DNA of 14,114 nucleotides from the NCBI GenBank assembly GCA_963709405.1, contig CAVPXM010000100.1, positions 1 to 14,114 of the forward strand, in the 5' to 3' direction. The stretch comes from an uncultured Nitrososphaerales archaeon. GTDB lineage: Archaea; Thermoproteota; Nitrososphaeria; Nitrososphaerales; Nitrososphaeraceae. Below, in pieces: positions 1 through 8,314 of this stretch (positions within the stretch are counted from its first letter, which is position 1; each line of letters begins with the position of its first letter). The position numbers were made by a program, and so were the translations under genes. The notes under the pieces were generated by a model, which made no database searches, was not told the origin of the DNA, and saw only the letters and a program-made list of their open reading frames with translations.

Positions 1-1218
1 GACTCTGTAAGCTATGTCGTAGAAAATAATACTTGGGAAGGCTCTTCTGAAAGATTAAATGAATTCTGGGAATATTTATCAAAGGAATCAGCGTTAGACC
101 AAATTCCTGGATTTACAAATTGGTGGGATTACTTGCATAATTGCGTTAATCAAAATATTGCCACAGGCGAGGCTGCAAGACGGTATTATACAGCAATGGT
201 GTTTTCTGTTGTAGGAGTACCTACGGTTTTTTCTCCTTTAATACCACAAGTTGACACTAAATTTTTTGATTTCAAAACATATGGTATAGATTTGACAGTG
301 GGCCATTAAAGAGAAGTTTAGAAAGATTCGCAAAATTTCCAATAGCAACAACTTTCGACGAAAAAGATTCATTATCCCAACCAAGGCTTATTCTCGTTAC
401 TGTTGATGTAGCTGAAGGTAATGCCGTAGTATTTGATAGTTACGAAAAGGAGGATGGTTCCAGAAAATCTGAGTATGGTAAATATATTGTTCAAGATGGA
501 AAAGAAGTTGGATTCACGCATGTTATAAGATATGATGATGGGATTACATCAGATCAAGTTATTGCAAGTGCGTCTGTACCACTTAATTACGGCTATAGCA
601 CTTTAGAAGTTGAAAGCTATAACAATGCTACATCTAGCTATGAGAAGAATATCCGGTATTTTTGGGATGGCGGAATAATGAGCAATACTCCCCTATCACA
701 AGTTGTTCATCTACACCGGCAATATTGGCTCAAGAGAAAGGGTCTCAAACATACTGTTCCAAGGTTGAATATTGTCTTGGTCAATGTTCATCCACTTAAG
801 CAAGACAGAATTCCCTGGGACCGTGATGGTATTGTAAATAGAAATAATGACATAACATTTTCAGACAGAACAAAACGTGAGGAACAGGCTCTACTACTGG
901 TATCAGACTATGTAGATCTAGCAAGAGAGTTAATCAAGATTGCAAAAGATCATGGTGCAAAAGATGACGTCATAAATGCCTTATTGAACAGAACGACTAT
1001 GAATCATGGTCTGGCGCTTAGACCTAGAAAATATGCAGATATAATAGTAGGACAATATGAAATAGGCAAAATAATACGGATAAACCGCAGGAATGATGAA
1101 CATACTATTTCAAATAAGATATTCGACTTTTCCTTCAAGACTATCAATATGTAAGAGAAACGGCGTATCAGAATACTCTGATTTTAGTGATCTGGAATAT
1201 CAGGGGGAATTGTTCTAA
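1..1218 (+). pseudogene. Patatin-like phospholipase family gene, 5'-partial, with three 1-bp frameshifts (pseudogene or sequencing errors)
   Basis: Frame 1 (1-270) reads ...NTWEGSSERLNEFWEYLS...GEAARRYY...GVPTVFSPLIPQVDTKFFD and stops at 307-309. Frame 3 from 273 continues QNIWYRFDSGPLKRSLERF...PRLILVTVDV...IASASVP...YFWDGGIMSNTP (patatin DGG catalytic-Asp motif). Two more 1-bp losses at ~1152 and ~1180 relative to the right-hand paralog; the homologous stop is TAA 1216-1218. The GxSxG motif would lie upstream of the window. Confidence 0.85.
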
Positions 1219-1538
1219 CTAATCTTTAATTATGATTGGTCAAATAAAGTTTGATACTGTCATGTTGGACAAAGAAACGGATAATAGGCGGTAAAGTAAA
1301 ACCCAAACTTGGGTAGAACGAATTTCAGCTAGCCTCAGGATAATTATTGCTCACTTCACGATTTCATCCTGGAGGGCTTGTGAGGAGGAAGGAATGATAA
1401 TTATGCCTCTAAACACGCTTGACGATAAGAACTGCATAGCGAAAAGGAAACTATTGGCCCAATTCACTCCTGTGTTAGAGAATTGCAGCCGACGTGGCCA
1501 TCATATATAAATGAAATACCTTTCTGGGCTCTGTAGAA
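211..1538 (+). repeat. Left arm of a large imperfect inverted repeat (partner 12781-14114): patatin 3' portion plus ~320 bp downstream
   Basis: Aligns base by base to the reverse complement of 12781-14114; similarity stops at ~1538 / ~12781. Confidence 0.95.
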
Positions 1539-2224
1539 ACCATGTTTAGAGCCACCTTTCTGTGCTTTGTGGGATCGTGAATTTTTGATTCTTCTAAATA
1601 AAAATTGGGTGTATTTTATGCACCACCTAATGAGTGAAAGAAACGACACGTTGACGAGAATAAGCGAATAGCTCTATTATTATTTTTTGTTAATATATTG
1701 TCTCACATATTCTTCAAATTCTTCTCTAGAGTTGAAAATAACCCGGGTATCCCGGGTGTTAGATGATACTAGATTTAGTGCTATTGATAAGATCTTCCAA
1801 TTATACCCAATTCAGTCTTATTGCCGGCGCACCAATTGATATCACTCCTCCTATTATTAGAGCAAGAATCATCGAGTGTAGACGTCTGGACTCCTATCAG
1901 TCAGAGTATCCATGGTATTCATAATACATATTCAGATCTCTGCGGCAAAAAGGAATTAAGCATATGACACAATATTCGATATTAAATCCGATATGATGCT
2001 ATGGATATTTTGCCTTTATGACGGCCAGCTGTATTAGAGGTAAACGGAAAGCCATATGCACTATCCTTACCGATATTGTCCAGACAAAGAGAGCGCGCGC
2101 CCATTCCATTCGGCTTTTATCTACACATACAGAGATAAGAAAACTCTCAGCTCGATAATGAATTCCCTAATTATCGATCATGTCAGACAATATCTGATTT
2201 TGATGAAATCTTGTATTGCTATAC

Positions 2225-2608
2225 TGGAGAAATCTTGCGATTGGCTGATCGAGCGTTTCCAAGGTATTTCATACTAATTCTATCTCCTTGTGAAACTGTT
2301 TTATCTGGATCTTCTACTAAAGTTGCAATGCCTTTACCTTTGACACTCTTATACGGAGAATTCTCATAATCTATGGAAAAATAAATAGCTGGTTTAGTTC
2401 GAAGATTTTGAGTTTTTCTTGGCTAATTTAGATGTAGTCATCAAGAGTTTTTCTCCATCTTTATTATAATAAAACTAGACGGGTTATATATTGGGCTCAC
2501 GTCAATTGTAGCTAGCTCCAAATTTAATTTACTTTCAAGAAATCTCTTGACTTCTTCCTTAGTCGTGCCAGGAACATCGGAAGTGGCATTAATGATTTTC
2601 ATAATCAT
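2225..2608 (-). pseudogene. Pyridoxamine 5'-phosphate oxidase (PPOX/FMN split-barrel) family pseudogene
   Basis: Joined frames read MIMKIINATSDVPGTTKEEVKRFLESKLNLELATID/EPNI*PV*FYYNKDGEKLLMTTSKLAKK/TQNLRTKPAIYFSIDYENSPYKSVKGKGIATLVEDPDKTVSQGDRISMKYLG/TLDQPIA. This fits the LATxxxxGxPxxxPVWF...K..NL...P.V...ID...Y..V...G.A pattern, with 2 in-frame stops and about 3 frameshifts. Not in the ORF track. Confidence 0.8.
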
Positions 2609-2809
2609 TCAACGACATACCGACAAAAAAGAATTTCTTACTGCACGAGTCTATATTTAGTAATTATGATTTTAACTAATTTAAAAAATCGGATAGACTA
2701 GTTTGTTTTATTTAATGAGGATAGATATGCTTAATAGATACATTTGTTTCGCATGTGTTATGGGGATGAAGAGGATTCTACATGCCAGTTGCAATATTCA
2801 TACTGAGGG

Positions 2810-3173
2810 ACTATCCTTGGTATACGTATCTCCATTGAAAGGAACATGCTTGTAGCTGAACAGTTTATAAAATCGCTGATTAGAAAATATGGAAAACGCA
2901 ATATTTCAACAGATGGTGGTACATGGTATCCACAAGCATGTAGATAGATTTCTAAACATTCAACATCATCACAATCATTCCTCGATTGAAAAAAGCTTCA
3001 TAGAAAGAACGATCCAATAAATAATAAAAGATAGAACCGAGCGTATTGATGATTATTTCCTTTGTAGGAAAGATAATAATGATTGTAGACTACAGCATGT
3101 CATTAATTGGTTGAGTTTATTTGTAGATATGCACAATAGAGAGATTATGGAAAAGGTTGTTAAGTGAAGAGCC
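2810..3173 (+). mobile_element. IS6-family (DDE) transposase 3' remnant with degenerate right terminal inverted repeat
   Basis: TILGIRISIERNMLVAEQFIKSLIRKYGKRNISTDGGTWYPQACR/FLNIQHHHNHSSIEKSFIERTIQ*IIKDRTERIDDYFLCRK...HVINWLSLFVDMHNREIMEKVVK* (TGA 3165-3167). Has TDGGxWY (second Asp) and IER (Glu) motifs, a 4-bp TAGA duplication frameshift and an in-frame stop. Ends in GTTAAGTGAAGAGCC, whose reverse complement GGCTC(..)TTCACTTAAC resembles IS6 GGCTCTGTT ends. The 5' half is missing. Confidence 0.8.
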
Positions 3174-3543
3174 TCTAATAAGCAATAGTTGAAAAAATAC
3201 TCGTGATCCTCCCACTCTTGGATTTATCTTTTGAGATAGTAACTCCTTCATTGGCAAACCTCGCTACCCATTCCGAAGTCCATTAACTTCTGTGTGTAAC
3301 AATCTCTATTTATGCTGGAATTCATGAATCGGTTTATAGAATGTGGTATATTTATTATTGTTATCTGGTCGCGCTGTATACGGACAAGAGAGCGAGTGCT
3401 GATCTTATTTTCTCAATCAGAGCCCCTGGTAGATTAGTAATCACGACGACAGGTACCAATCTAGATAGTAATCACTTTGACAGCAGTCTTGTTGTTTTTT
3501 TCCATTGCAAATGTTAATTAACCTCAATTCAGATATCATAGCT

Positions 3544-3806
3544 ATGGGTTTACTGGAGCTCCCATGGTTGGGAGCATGGTCGGAAAACGATCGGCGAAGA
3601 GACAGATGGAAGGTATGCAAAAACAAGCACAAGCACAACAAGCACAACAAGCACAACAAGCACAACAAGCACAGGCTTCGGCTGCATCAGAACATAAAAC
3701 CGATCCTATGCAAGAAATAGCAAAATTAGGTGAACTGAAACAGAAAGGACTTATAACAGATGAAGAGTTTCAGGCAATGAAAGCAAAGCAGCTCGCCAAA
3801 ATGTAG
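3544..3806 (+). CDS. Small SHOCT-domain protein with Gln/Ala linker; open from ATG 3564, probable original start ATG 3544 (1-bp frameshift at ~3555)
   Basis: C-terminal DPMQEIAKLGELKQKGLITDEEFQAMKAKQL matches the SHOCT pattern (L.KL.EL...G.IT.EEF...K..LL). Adding one base at 3555-3556 gives MGLLGAPMVGSMVGKRSA. A TATA-like TTAATTAA at 3514-3521 lies 30 nt before 3544. Confidence 0.85.
3624..3674 (+). repeat. Coding tandem repeat, 9-bp unit GCACAACAA x4 plus partial copies (AQQ repeats)
   Basis: Perfect units at 3633-3641, 3642-3650, 3651-3659 and 3660-3668, flanked by partial units. Confidence 0.95.
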
Positions 3807-3998
3807 GTGGGCAAACAGAAGCATTCAAGACTTGTTTTTGTGGGTACAACTTGGAGCTAGGGGATTAAGACAGCTGAGCTGGTGACATGTTATCTCCAGT
3901 GTATGCTGCAGATATTGAAAATTACACATCTAAAGTCCAATTTATTTATATTCTTAATAAAAAGAGTTAAATTAAGACTCAAGTCAACTGGTTTTTAT

Positions 3999-4430
3999 AT
4001 GTCTCTTGCAGAAAACAAACAAATTGTTCATGAATTTATTGATGAAATATTTAACAAAGGGAATTTCGAAGGAGTGAGTAGGTTTGTCACTCCTGACTTC
4101 ATATACCATTCTCAGGGCGAGGATATAACTGGGCTGGAAAATTTTAAGGAGTGGGTTTCATCAGATAGTAGCATATTTCCTGACATCCGGTTTACAATAA
4201 TAGATAGCATAGCAGAATTTGGTAAAGTTGCTACAGCTTGGATTGTTGAAGGTACACATCTAAAGGAATTTCGTGGTATTCCCGCTACTCATAAGAAATT
4301 TGAAACTGTTGGGGTCAGCATCTTTCATTTTGAAGGTACCAAAATAAAGGAAGCGTGGGCTATCGCCGACGGGCTTACCGCAGCGTTACAGATTGGTGTC
4401 ATTAAAACAAAATTTAGTGAGACCAGCTAG
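3999..4430 (+). CDS. SnoaL-like ester cyclase / NTF2-fold protein (143 aa)
   Basis: MSLAENKQIVHEFIDEIFNKGNFE...VTPDFIYH...FPDIRFTIIDSIAEFGKVATAWIVEGTHLKEFRGIPATHKKFETVGVSIFHFEGTKIKEAW is a typical ester-cyclase pattern. ATG 3999 is preferred over the ORF-track start at 3882; TATA-like TTAAATTA at 3968-3975. Confidence 0.92.
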   Translation: MSLAENKQIVHEFIDEIFNKGNFEGVSRFVTPDFIYHSQGEDITGLENFKEWVSSDSSIFPDIRFTIIDSIAEFGKVATAWIVEGTHLKEFRGIPATHKKFETVGVSIFHFEGTKIKEAWAIADGLTAALQIGVIKTKFSETS

Positions 4431-4913
4431 AAAAATATTTCTGGATTAGTCTCTCTACTCACTTTTATATCAAAGAAACTTTAGGACGGATTTTCAAATG
4501 CAATGTTATCATTTGAAACAAGTTGTCATGTAGCAGTTGTTTATTATCACTATATGCTAGATTATTATTGATAACAAGGAGAGATTTCAAGCATAACATG
4601 AGTTCGGCTAAATTTAATGCTCTATAATTTGCAATTTAGAGATCTTTTATTGACTATAAGTAATGCGTAGAGTTGACACAATAAAAGCCCCTAGAATTTA
4701 TTGCTATCTTTTGGGTAACTAATGTGAATGATAATAAAACTCAATAAAATTAGCAAATTCTGATCTTGCTTGCTTTTCGCATCCTGATTTACGACCACAT
4801 GGTAGTCTCGCCCAAGAGCCCCCATGACCATCCTTTAGAAACACGGGATCGTCGAGGACGGTCGTAATACCATTCTTGGAAGTTCATAAATAGATATAGA
4901 GGAGCATAATTAT

Positions 4914-5021
4914 ATGAGTAATCAGTTCAAAGGTTCTATCGGACGCACGTGGGAGGACTCAAAGCCATGGTGGCCACAGCCCATCAAAGCATGGTTCCAT
5001 TGCCTGTACCATCAGAGGTGA
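4914..5021 (+). pseudogene. N-terminal stub of an arylsulfatase (first ~26 codons), then unrelated sequence
   Basis: MSNQFKGSIGRTWEDSKPWWPQPIKA resembles the F.G.IGRT..DS.PWWP leader that precedes the APNV..I..DD motif of long cytoplasmic arylsulfatases. GAGGAG lies upstream. Similarity ends at ~4991; stop at 5019-5021. Confidence 0.65.
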
Positions 5022-5136
5022 GATTGCTCTTCTGTATTCCCAGCGTCAATGATCACTCTGAAAGTTGTGACTGCCGTCTACAAATCCATACAATCTAAAC
5101 CAACCTTCCATTTTTTACGTCAGAGTAATCAGAGTA

Positions 5137-5398
5137 AAAGTAATTCCGTTAGGAGATGGGAGCACAATCCTCAGGTTAGAAAACTTCAAGTCAACTAATG
5201 GACCTAATGTTCATCTTTACCTCGCTACTGATAAGTAACTGCCTCAAATTTCATAGATCTTGGAAGGTTGAAAGCAAATAACCGAAATCAAAATTATAAT
5301 ATATACCTCCTGGAACTGATCTAGTAAAATGCAACATGGCCTTGATATGGTGTAAGGATTTCTCTGTACTATTTGGAAGTGCACAATTAAAGGCATAA
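5137..5398 (+). pseudogene. DM13-domain protein, C-terminal remnant
   Basis: KVIPLGDGSTILRLENFKSTNGPNVHLYLATDK/TASNFIDLGRLKANNRNQNYNI/PPGTDLVKCNMALIWCKDFSVLFGSAQLKA* shows the DM13 motifs LRLENF...GPD...YL, DLG.LK...GNQNY.IP and IWC..F.V.FG.A.L. Two 2-bp TA insertions; the N-terminus is missing. Confidence 0.85.
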
Positions 5399-5584
5399 CT
5401 TGAGAACAAGCCATTCTTCAAACTTGATATAACTAGGCTCAATAAGAGTATAGAATCTATAGGAGAGATCAAGGGAGTATTATCTGCGTCGTCTCAGACG
5501 ATTCTTTGACTTCCTTGAACTAAAGGAAGGGTGTACTCTAGAAGAGAGATGTAATTACTTTGCTAAGCTAGGCAAAAATGAACC

Positions 5585-6752
5585 ATGTTGGGCTTTCTCA
5601 AATATCCTTCGATACGTATATACGGATTGCCTTTCAAATATTGGAAAGGGGCACAGAAGAGATTGCGTAAGAGCATATATGGTTTCACAACAATACTAAT
5701 TTTATCAGCATCTTCTATAGTTCTGTCCTATTTTATCCAGTCAACAGAGAGTAGTTTCGCGGCGAATTCTACTTCGAACTTGTTATCTTCATTAATCAAG
5801 CCCGCAAAAAAAGTTACATCTGCAATTAATGTCGCAAGGCCATCTATTAATGCTACGCGTTTACAACAACTCCCCAATAGTATAGGCAGCTAATGTAGAA
5901 AAAATCAAGAGTATAATCAATACAACAGCTAATGATGCTCGTAATTCAATTAAGAAGACTATCAATGACACACGCAATGCATTACTGGATCTTGGAATTA
6001 AGCTGGCAGAGATAGCATCTATTATTGCCGCGGCTATTGTTGTAATTTCTTTGATTAGACGTCCTTGGCTAGGTCTAGATAAGGTGCATTCCCCGCTGGT
6101 AAAGAGGGTTGGATTGAGAGCTTATGATATCGATGACACTAGTGTTCCTTTCAACCTGCGCACATTCAAGATAAATTACAAGATCAATACGGTGCTCGTT
6201 CGAAATAAAGGATGGAAGACAGCGAAAAATTGTAAAGGAACGCTAAACATTGGCAATGAGGGAGTAAAAGTGTATTGGTCTGCATTTGACGAGAGAGAAA
6301 GTATGACAATTAATCCCCACTCTGTGGAATACCTAGATTTATTTGCAATAATTGATGGGGAACCTTCAGAAATTTTTAATAGTTTGTCTGAAAATATTTC
6401 GAAATTAAAAAGTTATATAAATAGTGAAACATTTACTGACACATCCCTTCGTCATGGCCTCAACGCGAGAATAGAGGCGCTCTCGAGCAGATATAAATCT
6501 GCAGAAGATATCCCTCGAATAATTACACAAGATGCAAACGAAGGCTGGAATATTCCTAGAGAACGATATTCCTTTCCAATAAACGAAGCTGATACATGGC
6601 GGTCAATAATGGTTGATGGTAACATTCCTATAGAAAGAATCAAAGAGAGCACTAAAGTGACAGTAACTTCAGAAAATGCTAGAAAATTACAAGAACCTAT
6701 AACTATTCTTGACAGACCTTTTGATGTACGAGGAACGGCGATAAGATTCTGA
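5585..6752 (+). pseudogene. Single ~388-aa membrane-anchored hypothetical protein split by a 1-bp frameshift at ~5885 (ORF-track 5585-5893 + 6051-6752)
   Basis: The frame of 6051-6752 is open back to 5886 (AANVEKIKSIINTTANDARNSIKKTINDTRNALLDLGIKLAEIASIIAAAIVVISLIRRPWL), overlapping the end of the first ORF. Removing one G at 5885-5886 fuses them. Two hydrophobic segments: FTTILILSASSIVLSYFI and IASIIAAAIVVISLI. Confidence 0.7.
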
Positions 6753-6778
6753 TTTATATCCTACGTGCGTGCAAGTTA

Positions 6779-7071
6779 TATGAATCTAGATGTCCGATCC
6801 TTCCCCTCAGGTTTTCTCAACTTTGCAAACCTTTCTTCTTCTTCCAGAATGAATCCATTCATTGGTTGATAGACATGGTAACCATTACCATTCCACAATA
6901 CAGTAGGATAGGCCGTGAGGCGGCGCTAATTTTTCTAATTGTATTTAATCCTCTATCAAGTTTATCCGTCGAATTGCCTAAATCTCTAAGAAATAAATCT
7001 ATCATCACGAAACTCGGCGCAACTCGATTAATACCATGATAATTAGTAAATGAGGGATATGGATTGATCCT
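6779..7071 (-). pseudogene. Archaeo-eukaryotic primase (AEP)/primase-polymerase remnant of mobile-element type
   Basis: RINPYPSFTNYHGINRVAPSFVMIDLFLRDLGNSTDKLDRGLNTIRKI.../PTVLWNGNGYHVYQPMNGFILEEEERFAKLRKPEGKDRTSRFI. Degenerate motif I (hhhDxD, here IDLF) and motif II (S/TGxGxHhY, here NGNGYHVY), separated by a frameshift and truncated at both ends. Confidence 0.65.
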
Positions 7072-7394
7072 CAGAAGCGACTTGGTTCGTTCTTGCAAAT
7101 CGCTTTGGGGCTAAAATCACCACTCAGTATATTGATTTTAATATCGGATGGCACTACATTTAGCTGTTTCAACAATTATCAAGGCAGACCAATAAGGTGC
7201 GCAAACACATGTTTGCTTGGCTGAAGTTCCCCAACTGTATTCCGAATATTTCTAAAAGCGGAGCAGCGGATTTATCAATTCTGTTCGACCAAATGCGATT
7301 ATAAATCGAAAATTCAACAGGCAACAAGAAATATATTAAGATCCATTAGCCAAACCTCGGTTCGGCTTGATCTTATCTAGTGATATAAGAAATA

Positions 7395-7475
7395 TTGGTG
7401 AGTATATGGCCTTCAGAGAAAATAGTAGTAGTGCATAATAAGATAGACTTCTATTATAAGGTGGGTGATCAGTGA
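7395..7475 (+). CDS. Micro-ORF 1 (26 aa, TTG/GTG start), hypothetical
   Basis: MVSIWPSEKIVVVHNKIDFYYKVGDQ*. Its TGA overlaps the next GTG start (GTGA 7472-7475). Start uncertain. Confidence 0.3.
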   Translation: MVSIWPSEKIVVVHNKIDFYYKVGDQ

Positions 7476-7558
7476 TAGCTAATAAGATATGGGTCCAGGC
7501 ATCACTTCAATATGGATCTCGTTATCTTAACGGTTCTGCTAAAGGTGAACCGGGATGA
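7472..7558 (+). CDS. Micro-ORF 2 (28 aa), hypothetical
   Basis: MIANKIWVQASLQYGSRYLNGSAKGEPG*. Preceded by GGTGGGTGAT (SD-like); ATGA overlap with the next ORF at 7555-7558. Confidence 0.4.
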   Translation: MIANKIWVQASLQYGSRYLNGSAKGEPG

Positions 7559-7704
7559 GTGATGCTGAAGTCTGCAAATGCAAGCTTACAAAGATATATC
7601 ATATGTTTACCACAATTAAGAGTTTGAAGGATGGGGAAATCACACCGATTGTTTTTTGTTTAGAGTGTGAATGTTCTATATTTATGAAAGAGGAGCAGAT
7701 TTGA
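7555..7704 (+). CDS. Micro-ORF 3 (49 aa), Cys-rich putative zinc-binding microprotein
   Basis: MSDAEVCKCKLTKIYHMFTTIKSLKDGEITPIVFCLECECSIFMKEEQI*, with CxC and CxxCxC. AGGTGA SD-like site upstream; TTGA overlap with the next ORF. Confidence 0.55.
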   Translation: MSDAEVCKCKLTKIYHMFTTIKSLKDGEITPIVFCLECECSIFMKEEQI

Positions 7705-7904
7705 ACAAAGGCTGTCATTACGATGGATGTAATAAAATTGCAGATTGGTACTTTGACACAACAGATTATGCTAAACTGTATGCATGTGACGACCATGTCA
7801 TGACATTACGAAGCCAATTGAAACAAGAAAATGGTGTAATACTGACAATATGTGCTACACCACACTTACTAAATCCGGATCCCTCATTATACCAGGATTG
7901 TTAG
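7701..7904 (+). CDS. Small zinc-finger-like protein (67 aa; TTG 7701 preferred to ATG 7671)
   Basis: MNKGCHYDGCNKIADWYFDTTDYAKLYACDDHVMTLRSQL...: Cx4C...CxxH. GAGGAG lies just upstream of TTG 7701, which overlaps the previous stop. Confidence 0.6.
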   Translation: MNKGCHYDGCNKIADWYFDTTDYAKLYACDDHVMTLRSQLKQENGVILTICATPHLLNPDPSLYQDC

Positions 7905-7909
7905 ATAAA

Positions 7910-8314
7910 ATGAAGATTATTTCTCATGTCATGCGGAATATCAACGAATTCAATATCCCAGCTCGTACTTCTCGGGGTTATGAAATGCTTTATTTCGGTG
8001 TAAATCTAATCCTCATGATCGACTATAGATTAGCCTTTGACATAATCCCAGCTGAGTCAAATTATGAGGTCGGAGTTCTGATTGTGAGTCGAAGAGATGT
8101 TGATAAATGGAAGGTGAGGCATAGTCATTCGGATATCAATACATTTTATTGTAATCAAGGTGGTAGAATTAATGATATCTTTAAACCGACACAAAGTGAT
8201 TCATACGCGTTTATCATAATCAATAACTCTCAATTCGAACAGATAACCGTAGATGTAACTCTCATCCATACTTGGCAACAAAGGATAAAAGAATCACAAA
8301 TCATAGATGAGTAG
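7910..8314 (+). CDS. Hypothetical protein (134 aa), probably beta-strand rich
   Basis: ATG 7910 lies 5 nt after the previous stop. Alternating hydrophobic strands (EVGVLIVS, YAFIIINN, ITVDVTLIH). Confidence 0.6.
   Translation: MKIISHVMRNINEFNIPARTSRGYEMLYFGVNLILMIDYRLAFDIIPAESNYEVGVLIVSRRDVDKWKVRHSHSDINTFYCNQGGRINDIFKPTQSDSYAFIIINNSQFEQITVDVTLIHTWQQRIKESQIIDE

Noticed and set aside
678-1154. Stand-alone 158-aa gene
   Set aside because: It is an internal part of the frameshifted patatin; the ATG is the Met of DGGIMSNTP.
1270-1475. Apparent run of synonymous changes (YAVLIVK) in the conserved block, suggesting a recoded gene
   Set aside because: A full count gave 8, 10 and 13 differences at codon positions 1, 2 and 3, and there are shared stops, so there is no convincing coding bias.
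1527-1535. GGCTCTGTA near the repeat end as an IS6 terminal repeat
   Set aside because: Too short, and not conserved in the partner copy (CGCTTTGTA).
1464-1649. 61-aa minus-strand ORF
   Set aside because: It straddles the repeat boundary, the equivalent frame in the other copy has an indel and a stop, and it has no recognisable motif.
2056-2277. 73-aa plus-strand ORF
   Set aside because: No motif; it partly overlaps the PPOX pseudogene on the opposite strand.
3441-3720. ORFs 3441-3668 (-) and 3505-3720 (+)
   Set aside because: Alternative frames of the SHOCT gene kept open by the 9-bp repeat.
4789-4867. tRNA gene
   Set aside because: No TTCRA T-loop or canonical arm lengths on either strand.
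5251-5472. 73-aa minus-strand ORF
   Set aside because: Antisense shadow of the DM13 remnant.
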